Assembly: GCF_000150275.1 (NCBI RefSeq)
Contig: NW_002060981.1
Span: 124,001 to 188,000, forward strand
Source: Trichoplax adhaerens
Lineage: Eukaryota > Animalia > Placozoa
Direction: 5' to 3'
DNA: 64,000 bases
The notes under the pieces are model-generated. The model did no database searches. It saw nothing but the letters and a program-made list of their open reading frames with translations, and had not been told where the DNA came from. Below, one piece after another: positions 1 to 13,400 of this stretch (the stretch's first letter is position 1; the number at the start of each line of letters is the position of its first letter). Position numbers and translations under genes: made by a program.

Positions 1-1556
1 CTAGCACTTTATCCAGCATAATCTTCTATGTACAAGTATATTCAAATCTCATTAGGTTATAATTTCGCAAATAACTAAGTAATAAGCATTGACAAAAATG
101 AAAAGTAGCAACAGTTAAGGTTGCTTTTCACTTTAAGAGAGTTTTAAATTTATCGCGAGCGGCGATTATGAACTGTGAGGCATATTGAATAATTACTACA
201 CGTATATTCAATGGCGCTATCGTTATTACCATTTCTTGCATCCCTTACTTAGATCACACATTTTAGATTCCGTTTTCTGCCGATACTTAACTAGGAAAGC
301 AATCGGTTGCTATAATACTAGGATGCTGATCACATATTTTGCACTCCCGGCATCTTATGAAATATGAAGTTCTCATCTAAGGTAATCTTAATCTTAATCC
401 ATGGGAAAAATTATCCAATCCGTAATTCCTACTGTATATTTTGAGTCCAATTTTGACCTTCATAGGTTTGTTAATTACCGCTTACTGTTATGTTTATTTT
501 GTTGCTTTTGACAGTATTTTATTTTATGTTAGATACAAAATCGTAAAAATAAGTCACTTGTAATATTTTTTTCCTTTTCGGTCTTACATTCATAGTACCG
601 GGTATAGGAAAAGGATATTAAACTTTCTAAATTGGATAAGCCGCACACATGCAATCAGCTAGAATTGTTCTGTTCTATTTGAATTATTGAAAGCTATTCA
701 TTAATTATAAAGACCTAGTATACCATTACTAAATGGTAGATCATCTTATTAAGTCAAGAATGATGCTATACCTCATTTTGTAATACTAGTGTTAAATAAC
801 TGTTTATTTTGTATCTTTAGTTTATAATATCCGCAGTATAGGAATTTCATGATAAAACTTTCGCTAATTAATTAGTGTTATATGAGAATCAGTAAATATC
901 AATGAGAAGAGACACACAGAATTTACTTATTCAATTGTCCATTTATTTAATTCGAAATACAATTACACGTACGCACTTCAATGGTTACACCACTGACCAC
1001 TGAGTCAGTCATCGAAATGGCAGGAGTTACAGTTGTCACATCAATTCTGCATAGAGTTCTATCATTAAAATTAATTAAAGTGTGTATGAAATACAATAAG
1101 AGCCTACAAGGCTGTACGTTATGGAGATTTCAGTCGCACAATACCAATATGAGTGCTGCTTGAATAATTAAGTAATTTTCAATACACCTATATTCCTCAT
1201 AGTTTCGCTGAAAGTGGTTATCATAGTAGCGATACCTGCATTATTTATTCGCTATACACGTATATAAACATATATAATTATATAAGAAGTGTTTTTTCCT
1301 GTAATACTTTCAATTTATACAGTATATCACTACAAGTAGAATGCATTTGACCTGCATATAATTTAGGTCAAAATTGCTGCTAACATTGTGCAAGATAAAG
1401 GCTACAGATATAATTTTCCACGTATTATTCTACTTTTAGCTACTATATTTCCGGTATTGTCAGCATAACTTCTTTTTTACAAGTTGTGACTATTACTGTA
1501 CGATATAAGTGAAAGTAATTTAAGATTATAGTATCAATTTGAGTATTTTTAGCATA

Positions 1557-2322
1557 TTACGGGCATGAACAGTTATCTGGAACGAGTATGGATAATGTTA
1601 CTTTTTTGTCCGTTGACGGCCAGGTACTCTCTGGTGCATTATATTCAAATTCTATTCGCTTTTTTTTATTCGAGCTTTCACACGCTTTAATTTCTTTTGG
1701 CGAACAGGCTTTGTAACTACACTTTGCATATAAATGTCCAAGTGGGCGGCCGTACCCGTAACTGGCTGATATCCATGGAGCCGGGAAGAATTTTCGTTCT
1801 TGCTCGACATGGCAAGGTGGATCGAATTCATTAATTTTTGGTGATCTTTTAACAAAGGCTGATCTATCGTTGGACTCTTTCGTGTTATTACCTTCATTCA
1901 AATCGGACGAATTAAATTTATTCTCCTTGGCTACTGCTTTTGAATAGTCAGCCGGCCACGCACTACCGTATGGTAGAACGACTAAAATAATCACAATAAA
2001 TGCAATTGCCGACAATTTTGAAATGATCGAGTGTACCTAAGTTTTAAAGATAGAATAAATCCGTCAGTATAAAACTTATTGATTTAATTTATTTTTAAGC
2101 TAGCAATCAGTTCTACTCGACGTAGACCAATAACTAAAAATTGTAAATGTTCTAAGCACTTGAATATAACGTTAATAACTAACTTCTCATAAATGACTAT
2201 TATACCGACAATTACAATTATCATTGTAATTGATTAAGATTTAGTACCGCCGTATCCACTAGAACAAGTTAAATAATTAAACTATTAGAAAAAATGATTA
2301 ATTTATTAGTGAGTCTTACCAT
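1557..2322 (-). CDS. Secreted cystine-knot prepropeptide, IL-17/Trunk-PTTH-like (~160 aa, 2 coding exons)
   Basis: The coding part of exon 1 is only ATG (2322-2320), followed by a GTAAG donor. The acceptor TTAG at 2040-2037 opens exon 2 (2036-1557) in frame with the provided ORF. Protein: MVHSIISKLSAIAFIVIILVVLPYGSA (signal peptide), N/E/S-rich pro-region, KR dibasic site, then a mature part with 6 Cys (C..C-x4-C..C..C-x-C). APW...RP...AKCxxxxC and terminal ILVPDNCSCP resemble IL-17-family motifs. Confidence 0.75.
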
Positions 2323-2472
2323 TTTACTGCTTGATGGAAATGATGAATTGATTAAAACCGGCTTGAGATATTGCAAATTTAATTTATCCAAATGGAGGAC
2401 AACCTTATTAGTTTTGCTGTTTTGCTCAGGAGCTAGTGCTGGATAGCTTAAAATTAGAAAAAAAATTCTGGC

Positions 2473-2479
2473 TTATATA
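2473..2479 (-). promoter_or_regulatory. TATA box (TATATAA) upstream of the cystine-knot peptide gene
   Basis: The minus strand reads GGCTATATAAGCC about 150 bp upstream of the ATG at 2322. Confidence 0.45.
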
Positions 2480-3983
2480 GCCTGCTGAATAACTATTTGA
2501 TGCATACATGCAGCGACGGTTATCGTAATTAGGGAGAAATTTTGGTAGAGAATGTTGGGTTATTTATTGATCTAAAAAAAATAAACATTGCTAAAATAGA
2601 ACTCATCGGTAGCAATGATTTCATTGAGGATAGCTTAAACTTGAATTTATTGACTGTCTAAGTATGACTCATTATTAATTTATCAAAGAATAAACCGTAA
2701 TACAATACTGAGATATTGCAGTACTCAGTTAATCATTATTAAATACGTAGCTTAGATCCCATTGAGTACCAATACAGTATGTTTTAGGTAGAAATAGAGG
2801 ATTTATCATATTTGTACTTCCCACTGATAGTAGCGTTGCCCCCCGTCTTCCTGAAAGACGCCATTGGTAGTGTATGTGATACGTCTACCTATATTGCTAT
2901 ACAGTTGTACTTGTATGATTAGGAGGGAAAATGCAAATTCCAACAGAACTTTACAGTACATGAATGTAGTTATTTACAGAATTTTCTTAAATCATTATAT
3001 GCCCTAAATCAAAGATTGTATGGTATTTATTCCTGTTTTACTATTCTCTTGGAGTCAAAATTCTAAATCGCTCAAACACCATTGCTACTGATCTTGTTCA
3101 TACTTGCCAAGATACGTCAATATCCTAAATATAACTAGATTTACCCATCTAATTATGCTTTACTACTACACAAAATTGATGACTATTGTACGTATAAGTT
3201 ACACTTTTACAGTAATAATCCTGTGATAAATACACAAATACTCAACGAGTACTATCTTCATTTCATCGACACTTTGATAGTTCATGCGTATTATTATTAT
3301 TATAGCAGGTCTATAAATACCTCAAAGTTCAAAAACCTGTAGTACCCGATTTAATCGGTGTAGTCATTTATAGTGACAGTCTGACGTAATGAGATTGGTA
3401 TTGACTTATTGTTAATTGATCAGTTTATATAGAATCTTCAATGCCGTTTAAGCTCTTTTATTAATTTCTACGTATTCGCATTCAAATTATATCATTACAT
3501 AAATTTCATCATGTTGTATCGAAAGTTTCAATTAGGCGGACGTCATTGTTTAGTAATTCTAAGAGAAAGGTGTTGCTTAATATTATAACACAGCAAAACC
3601 TTTTTGCATATATACTACAGTGATACGATAACTATTAATAATCTATCTATATATAGATATCGTGAATACACTTAACAACTACCTATCCAGCTGATTACGT
3701 ACAGATGCAATTTTACTTCCTAAATTTTAAGAGCTAATCGTAAATGCAACCCTTTAAAACGTTAGAGTATTATAATATTTTGTGTCGTGGCATCCAAATC
3801 GGTTTAATTAATTACACCAAGACTTAGTAAAAATTTATCAATTGTGTTTGGATGGTAAATATATATATATATCTGTCTTAATTTGAGATTATATTTCAGT
3901 ATTAGCATAGATTTTTGTTAAAGTATATATACAGTACAATTAATTTCAGGGATGCATTCTTAGTTTTCATTTACATTGACCTT

Positions 3984-5780
3984 TTAAAGTACATTCATTA
4001 GTAGCGTGGCTAAAATCACGCTCGTCGTAAGCAAGATACTCCGTGATGATCTAGTTGCCCCGTTAATCTCGGTAGACTCCAATGGAGCAGCGGTTGCTCT
4101 TACAATTTTTTTTGTGACACTTGATGATGCTGATGTAGTTTCTACATGTGGGGCTTTAGAAGTAGTGGCTTCGGCTGATGCTAATGATAATTGATATTTC
4201 AAATAAATTGTAAGGTTAAGAACTTAACATAAATTCTATTCGTAGTTAGAAATAAATAGATAATTACTACAGAACAGTCCATGCTGTACACGGCGTGAAA
4301 TATCAGCTTTGAACAGATAGCATTGAATGCATTATGTAATAGTTGTTAACTTACTTGAACATGAATGCGTATTGCATTGATATTGGCGAATTGATGGGCC
4401 TTGACATCCAGCTCCATCACCTTGTGGTGCGGGATTAGTACACGTTCTTGTCGAAATAGTGACACCACCGCCACATGGAGCACTACAAGAAGTGTTCTGC
4501 CACTTGGTCCATTGACCATCCGCGCCACCTAATTGCACGATTGAATTAAAGATTTTGTTCGAAAATTGAGAATGAGGTATAATAAAGTGATACGAGCATA
4601 CAAGTGCTATACAGTCAATGATAGAGCAAATAATAAAGCACATTTTATTTTTACTTTTAAATACTAATTCTAACCTTTATGGCAGAGGTAATTCATCTTG
4701 CTGTCACACGTTTCACTCACTAATTTCCAATGTGAAAGAAATAGTGAGACGCATTTTCCTGCTCCTTTTCCAATCGTTGCAACGGAGACCCACGACGGGC
4801 TACTCAATGTAAAATTTTGTCCATTTAACCATTTGTAGTCATTATAACTTCCAGCCCCATTGCCCTGTGCTGCCTGCATGCCGATCCAAGCTAAAGCTGA
4901 CATTTTGTGATAAATTTTTCTGACCATGGCTGCTATATCTGGACTTACTATCTGTAGTAGGGTTCCGTTCGAGACTGCACAAGAGACTTTCGCATCGTTC
5001 CATTCAATGTGGCTGTTGTTAAACAGGCGAAAGCATTCAGTTCTTTGTCCATTCTGGTGTAAAGTCCAACCGCTTGGACACGTATATCCATAGCTGATGC
5101 CTATAATTATTTGTTTATAAATTGAATATTTGTCAGTTGTCATTAGAGGAAAATTGGAGACGAGACACAAAAATCAGTCCATTCTATCATCCGCTTTTGA
5201 CATTATAGTAATTTGAATTACTTTCAAAAAGAAGTACTTGCTCGAGTACGTTGTATATCGCATGAAAATAGCTAAGATTCCTTTATACAGTAGTTAGTCA
5301 AAGTCAACATCACTAAGAGCTTTTCGATCAAGTTCAATAGACGGACCGATGTTTTTCATACTATTGGACTTGATCCGAGTTTTTTTTGGATACTATTTCA
5401 ATTTTAATAGTAATTTCTGTCGTTGACTATACCAGATTTGGATTGACAGTAGTAGTTAGCACAGCATACACTAGCCGTAAAGTATTACTCTAGTTTACGG
5501 CAATGTCTTACTGCATCTGGTAGATGGCAGATTAATAGATGGAAAAAAGGCGCGGCTTTATCAAAGTTATCAAAGTTATTCCAATTCACAATAGTACAGT
5601 ACTGTACTACTAGGATGGCTAATTCAGTGAAACACGTCAATACGAAATAGGGCAATCCGATCCTTATTTCAAGTGTCAATATTCACAACGACTACAGTAA
5701 TGGTAGAAGCACTCTCTTCTTTTAATAGCAATCCAGTAAGACTCACCTATTTGATTGATGAAGAGTACGGAAAAAAATGC
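3984..5780 (-). CDS. C-type lectin domain + thrombospondin type-1 repeat + Ser/Thr-rich stalk + probable GPI-anchor signal (start exon not resolved)
   Basis: Phase-1-linked exons: 5780-5747 (AFFSVLFINQIG, part of a signal peptide), 5100-4675 (CPSGW..CFRLF..WNDAKVSC..WIG..W.NG..C..W..C..YLC, CTLD), 4528-4355 (DGQWTKW..CSAPCGGG..RTCTNPAP..C.G..CNTHSC, TSP1), 4180-3984 (T/S-rich stalk, then hydrophobic C-terminus ILLTTSVILATLLMNVL). Confidence 0.85.
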
Positions 5781-8700
5781 CTGAATAAAAAAGGAAATAA
5801 TGCAAGAGAATAGGATTAGTTTTAAAATCACGTGCAAACTTCTTCATTTTAAACTTGCGTAAAAAAGTACAATATACTATTCAACTATATTGTCCACTTT
5901 TACGCTAAACCGGTAGAATGCTATAGTTAGTATGATAATACAATTAGAATGGATGCATTGTAGTACGATGATATTTTTAGGAACTAAGTCATTTATTATT
6001 GCAATTGATTGGAATAGCATCGATCTGTATCCCGCTGCCAAGATGAATTTGTGGTACAGGATGTTGTAAAGTAAATAGAAGGGTCTGCAGTTATTTATAG
6101 AATTGTTGTATAATGGATTTACTGGATGCTATTCAATGCTCAAATAAATATAGTTATCCAAAATTGCTCATCATTGTTACCATGGCCATTTTATTTCACT
6201 CCAGTTTGAAAAATATAATGAAAAGTGAACTAATTTATCACGGTTTTCTATCCAAAGGGCACTATGCCAACATGTACTGAAAGTGAGAAAAAGCAATCGC
6301 TACCATCTTTGAGTGAAGTGAAACTATTTTTATTGCCCACTTGGCTACCGCTCGATCCAAGTCATTTAATATTACCGTACAGTATCAAGATGATTGCATG
6401 ACGTCAGATATCAGGAAGTTTTTAATGTTTAAATATGCGCCACATTTTACTACTCCAACTTCCGACTTGTAACATTCCAACAAATCTTTGTCACCGATAA
6501 TACTATTGAAGTTAGCGAAGAAAAGATAATTTTAAAATTTTATTTCATTTTGGATAGGGTTGTTGGGTAGTGTTGATGAAAGTGGAATGTACTCTTGGTA
6601 GGCGCTATTTTGATGCAATGAATTTCTGTCAGTAACATTATGGATGATACAGCACCATGATTTGTTGCATCTTGATAAACTACCATCAATCTCTTTTACA
6701 CCATCATCGCCTAAGAAATGTATTTTACAACAAGTAAAATAAAATTGACACAGTAGAAATAGGAGGTGGTCAACGGCTCCATCTATTGCGATTTTACCGC
6801 TTGAGTTGATGCTCACTTGTAGACAATCGTTTGATATTGAGTGATTCAACAATCATTCTACAGTATAGAAAGGAGTTCAATTCATTCAGTACTGCCTATC
6901 CAGCTGTGATTCGCCTGTGAAGTTTAATAGAATGAATCCATTTTCCAATGGCGTCTTCTCAAACGAGAACGCTCTTGAAAGAGGCGGCCAACCCTGTCCC
7001 CTTGGGGCATTTTTGGGTACGTACCGTACCGGTACGAGAGACAATTGGTCCAAGGGCAGCAATTCCCCATCATACTCAATACAGGTACGCCATCACTGCT
7101 TCCATCCAATACAAGATCCACTCACAAAGAGAAGAAATGTTACTGGGCGTTGGTATGTCCAATTTGCCCATGCGGTAAACAAACTTTGTATACAAACGCA
7201 AGCGGTAGTAGAATTCTTCTTGCATGTGTCAGTGTTTTGTTTACTTGGGAGCAACGGTTGCTGCACTCATTCACCTCAACCATCTCTATACTATAGTATA
7301 GAGTAGCGAGGAGGACGTCATCAGAGTACACTCACTACTCAGTGACTAGTCTTCCAAGTTCAATGGCGTCCATTTATTCATTTTCAACCATTGAATGATT
7401 CCTTCCATTTGGACTAATTTAACCCAATTTACCCTTTTAACTGTATAGAAAAATGGCTAAATAACTTGAAACAGCCTCCCATATCTTGCTACTTTATCAT
7501 CTTCCATACTAGCCTAAAACTACCATGGCAGCATTGGATGCGATGTACTTTGTATGCCAATATTGCAAGGTAGAAAACAACAACTGTAAATAGAGCCAAG
7601 GGTACAAGTAGACAGTCCTGACGACACTTTTTAAGCCATCAGTAACAAACTCGCCAACGAATAGGACTTTCGGCTCCCTTTCTGTCCTTTGGTTCAAGTA
7701 CTCATTTTCAAATTTATCAGCCATTATTACATTAAGTCCAAACTCGATCCAAGCAGTGATGAGAGGATGATCTTACTTGGCCATCTTCCATTGGCAATCA
7801 ATCACTAACAGAAATTCAATAGGGACTTGCGGTTTACTCTTGGGATAGAAATGACTCGTATGGGTGTAAATTAATGAAATTGAAAAATGATTTCTTGGTA
7901 TATCCAACAATTTGCCTCCTTTTCAATCCATTTAGTTTCACTCGATGACATATCCAGAATGCCAAACATTCAAAATAAAATTGAAAAATTCCCGCTACCT
8001 TCTTGGACATCGACTATAAATTTCAAAACATAAACATTGCAAAAATAAAAACATCGCTTACCAGTAGTAATCGTAGTGCCATGATGTGCCTCCTTGCTTC
8101 TTGCGTTTGTTTAGATTCTGATGTAAATGCCAACTGGCGCGGCTTAAAATAGCCGGCGAGCGTTGTCGCGGGAATACGCCTTCGATCTACGTAACAGAAA
8201 GAATCTTTATTTATGCGTGACTGCATTTTATCGATTGTTTTTATCAAACGAAAGGCGGATAATAATATCAATTGGTTAAGAATAGGACTTGGCTCTTGAT
8301 TGACATACTATTATGCAGGCTTGCAAAATGCCCGTCTCTGTTCAAATTGCATACCACCGTGTCCATCAGCTTTCTCCTACATCAAAAGCAATAAATGCCT
8401 TCCATTCATTGCTTTCAATAGATCAAGATCCCCTTGATTCTTTTCATTCATCAGGGCAGACAATGTCAAATGACCACTACTCCCCCCCCCGCAAAAATGG
8501 CAGTATTGATAGTATAGTACAGTTTACCAGGAAGGCCATCACTCGTCACCATTTCAAGAGAGTAATTGTTGCTTTTCCATCAATCGCTTTCTATTCTGGG
8601 GAATATTGTTGAATATTAGCTAGACAGTCTTGATTACCGCCTTTCCCCTTCTATTCAAAGTTTTATGTACCGAAGCAGTAAATTGGGGGTACTACCGAAA

Positions 8701-10255
8701 ATGGTGTACAACTATAGATGTCACGCATTTTCCTTTTCGGATTTTTTCCCTTGGAACTATAGAATACTGTATATATGTACATATCTATTTTACAACTAGA
8801 ATTTGAAATGTCTTAACCAGATGGGCGTAGCTTCAATAGTAATCACACCAGGATAGTTTTGGATGTTGCATTAGCAACACCGCTGAGACAACGTTGCCTC
8901 TTTTTCGATCGATGCTATGCCATGGAGATGCATGACAACAAAATAAGCAAATAAGCTGTAGAAAGGAAGTCTAAAAAAGTAAATTGTGCTGAATTACGAT
9001 CCAAACGTGAGGAGTTGAAAGAGATACGCGTATGTTTTCTTTTTATTTATTTATTTTCTATTCCTATTGATTTTCACCAACAATTTCGGATACTATTTAA
9101 AGCATGCCAACTTTCATATGTTTTACACCGCAGTCGAAGATCGCTAATACAGTACGGTAAATTAATTAGGATAATGAAATAATTTAGTATCACACAATCT
9201 CTTTGATGCTACAATACGTGGAGAAAGATTCATAGTCAGCAAAAGGATGTACTGTACTATTCTATGCTTGTCAGTGAACCGATTGAATGATTTGAATCAA
9301 AAAGAAAACGAAATGTTACAACTTACAAACGCACCTTGAAAGTAGAGTATTTATATTAGACATTGACTAGAAGACATGGACAATATCCTCGTGTCTTTCC
9401 TTCAAGTGTACTTTGCCCTTTAACTTAATAGAACGTGATGGAGAATAAAGATGAAAAAAAACATGATGCAATGCTATTGTTCAGTGCAATCTCATTCTCG
9501 TGATACCATTATTTCCGCTTCGGAATTTAGGCTATGCCAAAATATAAACAAAATTCAAAATAGCGATTCCAATTGCTCTACCATAGCAATTGGAATTATA
9601 TTTAATATGAGTATCGTTGTAAATCGATAATATCCATATTGATAGTTAGTCAAAGCATTTCCTATGTGCATCTCAATTAATTAAGTCAAAGAAATGCACA
9701 ACATTACAAAGTGTGAAGGTACCCGCTGCACTAAGTCTTCCATAGCACACTCCAACTACTTTCTGTTTTTGTTTATAATCAAAAATGGTAATTATTACCT
9801 ACGGAGCTGGTCAAAATTAATATTATGAATAGTAAGTAAAGAGAGCGTATGAACGTTCGCTGGACTATATCATTTATACCATATTATTATTAAATGTAAT
9901 AACATTAATATCTTAATCGAATACCGTACTACAACATTAAAATTTTAATATTTTCTCAACGAATTCACATTCAATGGTGCGTGCTTGATCTAAATTCGTC
10001 AATTTCGACAATTTAAAACGATTGGACTGTACTAGGAAAATTATAAAAATCAACATCTGTAGCAGCATTAATTAATTAATGCTCGACTGTGCCGAGATCC
10101 ATTAATTATACACGCTAGATAGAAAATGAGTGCATTAAAATTATCAGCCAACAGCACACATTATAATTTGACTATACCACTATGAATAGCGGTTACCAAC
10201 GATTGCTCAATCTATTCTTAGACGACCCGGCGATACCAAGCATCCTACAGCAGAG

Positions 10256-10410
10256 CAGTGTTGGAAAAAACACGGGTTATTCGTGATTTCTAGTTGTTGA
10301 CTCGGGTTAGAACGCTATTTTACAGCCTGCTATTTGACTTAGGCTGTACTTTTGTACTAAATTCTTGGGTTATTTGAACGGGGGTTATAATCTACTGCCA
10401 GCCAACACTG
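10256..10410. mobile_element. Putative 155-bp non-autonomous DNA transposon (hAT-like MITE)
   Basis: Perfect terminal inverted repeats CAGTGTTGG (10256-10264) and CCAACACTG (10402-10410), four internal GGGTTA motifs, and an internal hairpin TACAGCCT...AGGCTGTA. No 8-bp target-site duplication is visible. Confidence 0.4.
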
Positions 10411-13400
10411 CCTCGTTCGTACGATAGTATGCGGTAAGCATACTATTAATTATCCACGACACCTCGACTAATCACAGACTGAAAGTCTTAAATATTATTA
10501 TTTAGCAGAGTCATTACGTATATCAGTAAGCAGACAGATACGTGTTTTGTTGCACAGTTGGCCGGAAAACTGTAGCTATAGAAGCTTTCATTTTCCATTT
10601 ACAAATGTTATTTATGACTGGGTAATTAGTCCGTAATATTTACATTTAGTAATCACTCAGATACAGTCTTCCTACAAGTCGCGAGCAAGCTTGAAATTAA
10701 ACATTAATATCAATACTAAATATAATAGTTGACTACCGTCGTTGTATTATGACTGTATGCAGATTAATAATGGCGTCTGGTATGATCATTAACTTTTGAT
10801 ATGTATAAACTTGGAGTAGACAGTATGTATAGGAAGACGATGAAGTTGCCGCCGGTACATCTGTGCGCTTATATTTATATTTGCAATTAAGAAAATTAAT
10901 GATATGCTTATAATTATCAATATTTTTGCTCATGATTTCTACCAATCCACTCCGTAATGGAACTAAGTTTATTTTATCAATTCTAGAGTATATTAATGAT
11001 CATCCGTTCATTTATTTAAGCTAGATTGTCAATAAATTTGTTCAATATCATAAAAATGAAGTTATGAAACATTTCGCAATTTTATGATTGAATGAAAGTT
11101 AAGCAAAGAGTACATTTTAAGATCCGATTTAATTTGTAATTAATTGATCCTGTAACAGCATCGCAGTCAATGAGACAGGAATTGAGAAAAACTGTTTGAA
11201 TACTATTAACGCTATGTTGCAACACTGTAGAAGACGTAAAATCAATTCATTACTACGCTGTTATGATAAGAGTATGAAATTAGTCATTCAGTATAACACC
11301 GGTATTGATTACCCAAACTACAACTAAGATGCTCGTAGAAGCTACAGAGATCCGCTTTATCGGGTAGGAGCAATGGCGTAGTAAACAAGTATTTATTTAC
11401 AATAATTAAGAGGTCGCACGTGCAGAAGCGATTTTGTTTACATGCATTCATGCCTGCTAGATTGACTAGGAAATGGCTTAAATTAAAGAGTACTCAATAG
11501 ATCCCTTACATAAACTCTGCTTCAATTTGTACTAGTGCATTGATTGGTACAATATTCAAAATAGATGCTATGAAATACTGCCCAAGATAAGTATTAGAAT
11601 ATCGACGATTCGTAAAGTTATTTTCCTTCGAGATAATTGGAGAAAGAGAGATTCGGTCAAGACTGATCAACTACAGTGTAATACTATCCACCATTACTAC
11701 ATTTAGGTTGATCAGATAAAGTACGCACGGCATATTGTAATTATTGATAGTTTATGACCGAATCAGTGTCAGATAGCAACATACAACATTAAATTCTATT
11801 TATCCATAAGAGAATTAACAATTGTTCCATTAGGATTATCGATAAATTCAGCATTTTACGCAATTCCGTTCGGTCAAGCTGTTGTTACGTAATAGTGTTG
11901 TGCCACTGTACAGTCTCCTATTCATTCTGCTATTACAAAGGCGGATTTATTTTGGGATAGGTACGAAATTATCAACGGATATACGTATGTGTAGGTTGAT
12001 TATATAATCATGATAAAAAATTATGCCTTTCTTAATCACAATACATAAAACCCGGTCTCGATATAGGCAATTTGGTCAATAACATATTTAAGGCATTGGT
12101 AAGCAGGTGTGCAAGTACAAAAGATAATTGACAGTTTATTCTTGGAAAGTTCTTTACTTTTAATCATCTATCGTCGATACGATACGGTACTACGCTTAGT
12201 TAATTGCGATTTATAGAATACCTATGGAGTTTATTTGGATTATATACTATATGGAACGGAGACTAGAATAAGGCGGATAATATAACAGTCTAAACCAATA
12301 TTGAACATACAACATGGTAGGATATGAAGAAATGATCGCAATGAATAACGGTCTGGAAAAAGTATACAGTAATATCAAAGCGCTAATGCATTAAATGGAT
12401 ATCAAGCGTTAAATTCTATTGATGGCAGATATTAACATACAATCGATAATGAAAGAAGCGCTCTTTAAATAGAGGAAATTGTGCTCGTATATCAGTATGA
12501 CGTACATTATAAAGCAGAGCATGTTTTCTTTGTATAGAGGTAATAATGATAGTATTTCCTTTCTACGGTATAATTTACAACCAATGGTTTATTATTTGAC
12601 ATTATTGAAAAACGTACTGGGTATATTTTGTTTCGTATGCATGCCAAATAAATCAACGCAGCGTAATAGAGCTGCTTAATTAGGGAAAGCGAAAAATGAC
12701 AATATTATAGTGATTTGTTGATGAGATTCAATGGTGTATAGCGATATCTCCATAATTGCTCTTAAAATAAGCGTTGTTTGTAATTTTATACTCATTTAGT
12801 AGATCTCTAGATGTATTATAAAGTCTTAACTGTAGTTAATAAAACAGTACAAGGCCTAAATATTTGTTGATATTGTATTTTAACAACATTATGACAATAA
12901 GAATTTTGTAAGTAAATAGAAAGCAATACTTCGTGCTCGCACAAATTGTAAATTTTAACAATATGTTGCTAAAGGAAATCAGTTTCTTTGAAATACAAAT
13001 AATTTTGTGTTGTTGTGTTCATGTTCATGCCTATTTAAGATTTTTATTATTAATTAATGTATTAAATTGTGTGCAATTGTTGTTCTTATAGTTGCCGTGT
13101 GAAAAAATTAAAAATGACCGCTAGCAAGCGTATACAGTAGGCTGTATAGCAAATTTTTGAAATTTTACAGATTGTAACACAGCTCACTCATTAATTAATA
13201 TTTGATTCCTTATTTATAGAGCAAGAGTATTTGCTGTATGTTTATGTTTTTATTGTTATGATGTATTTATGTATTGAAAAATGTTTTAACATAAATCTCG
13301 TATTTACTTTTTTGTAAAGAATCCAAAGATGGATTGGTACATACGGTTATATTTATAATTGATGTTTCGAGTGAATATTGATTTACCCTGAATAAATTAG

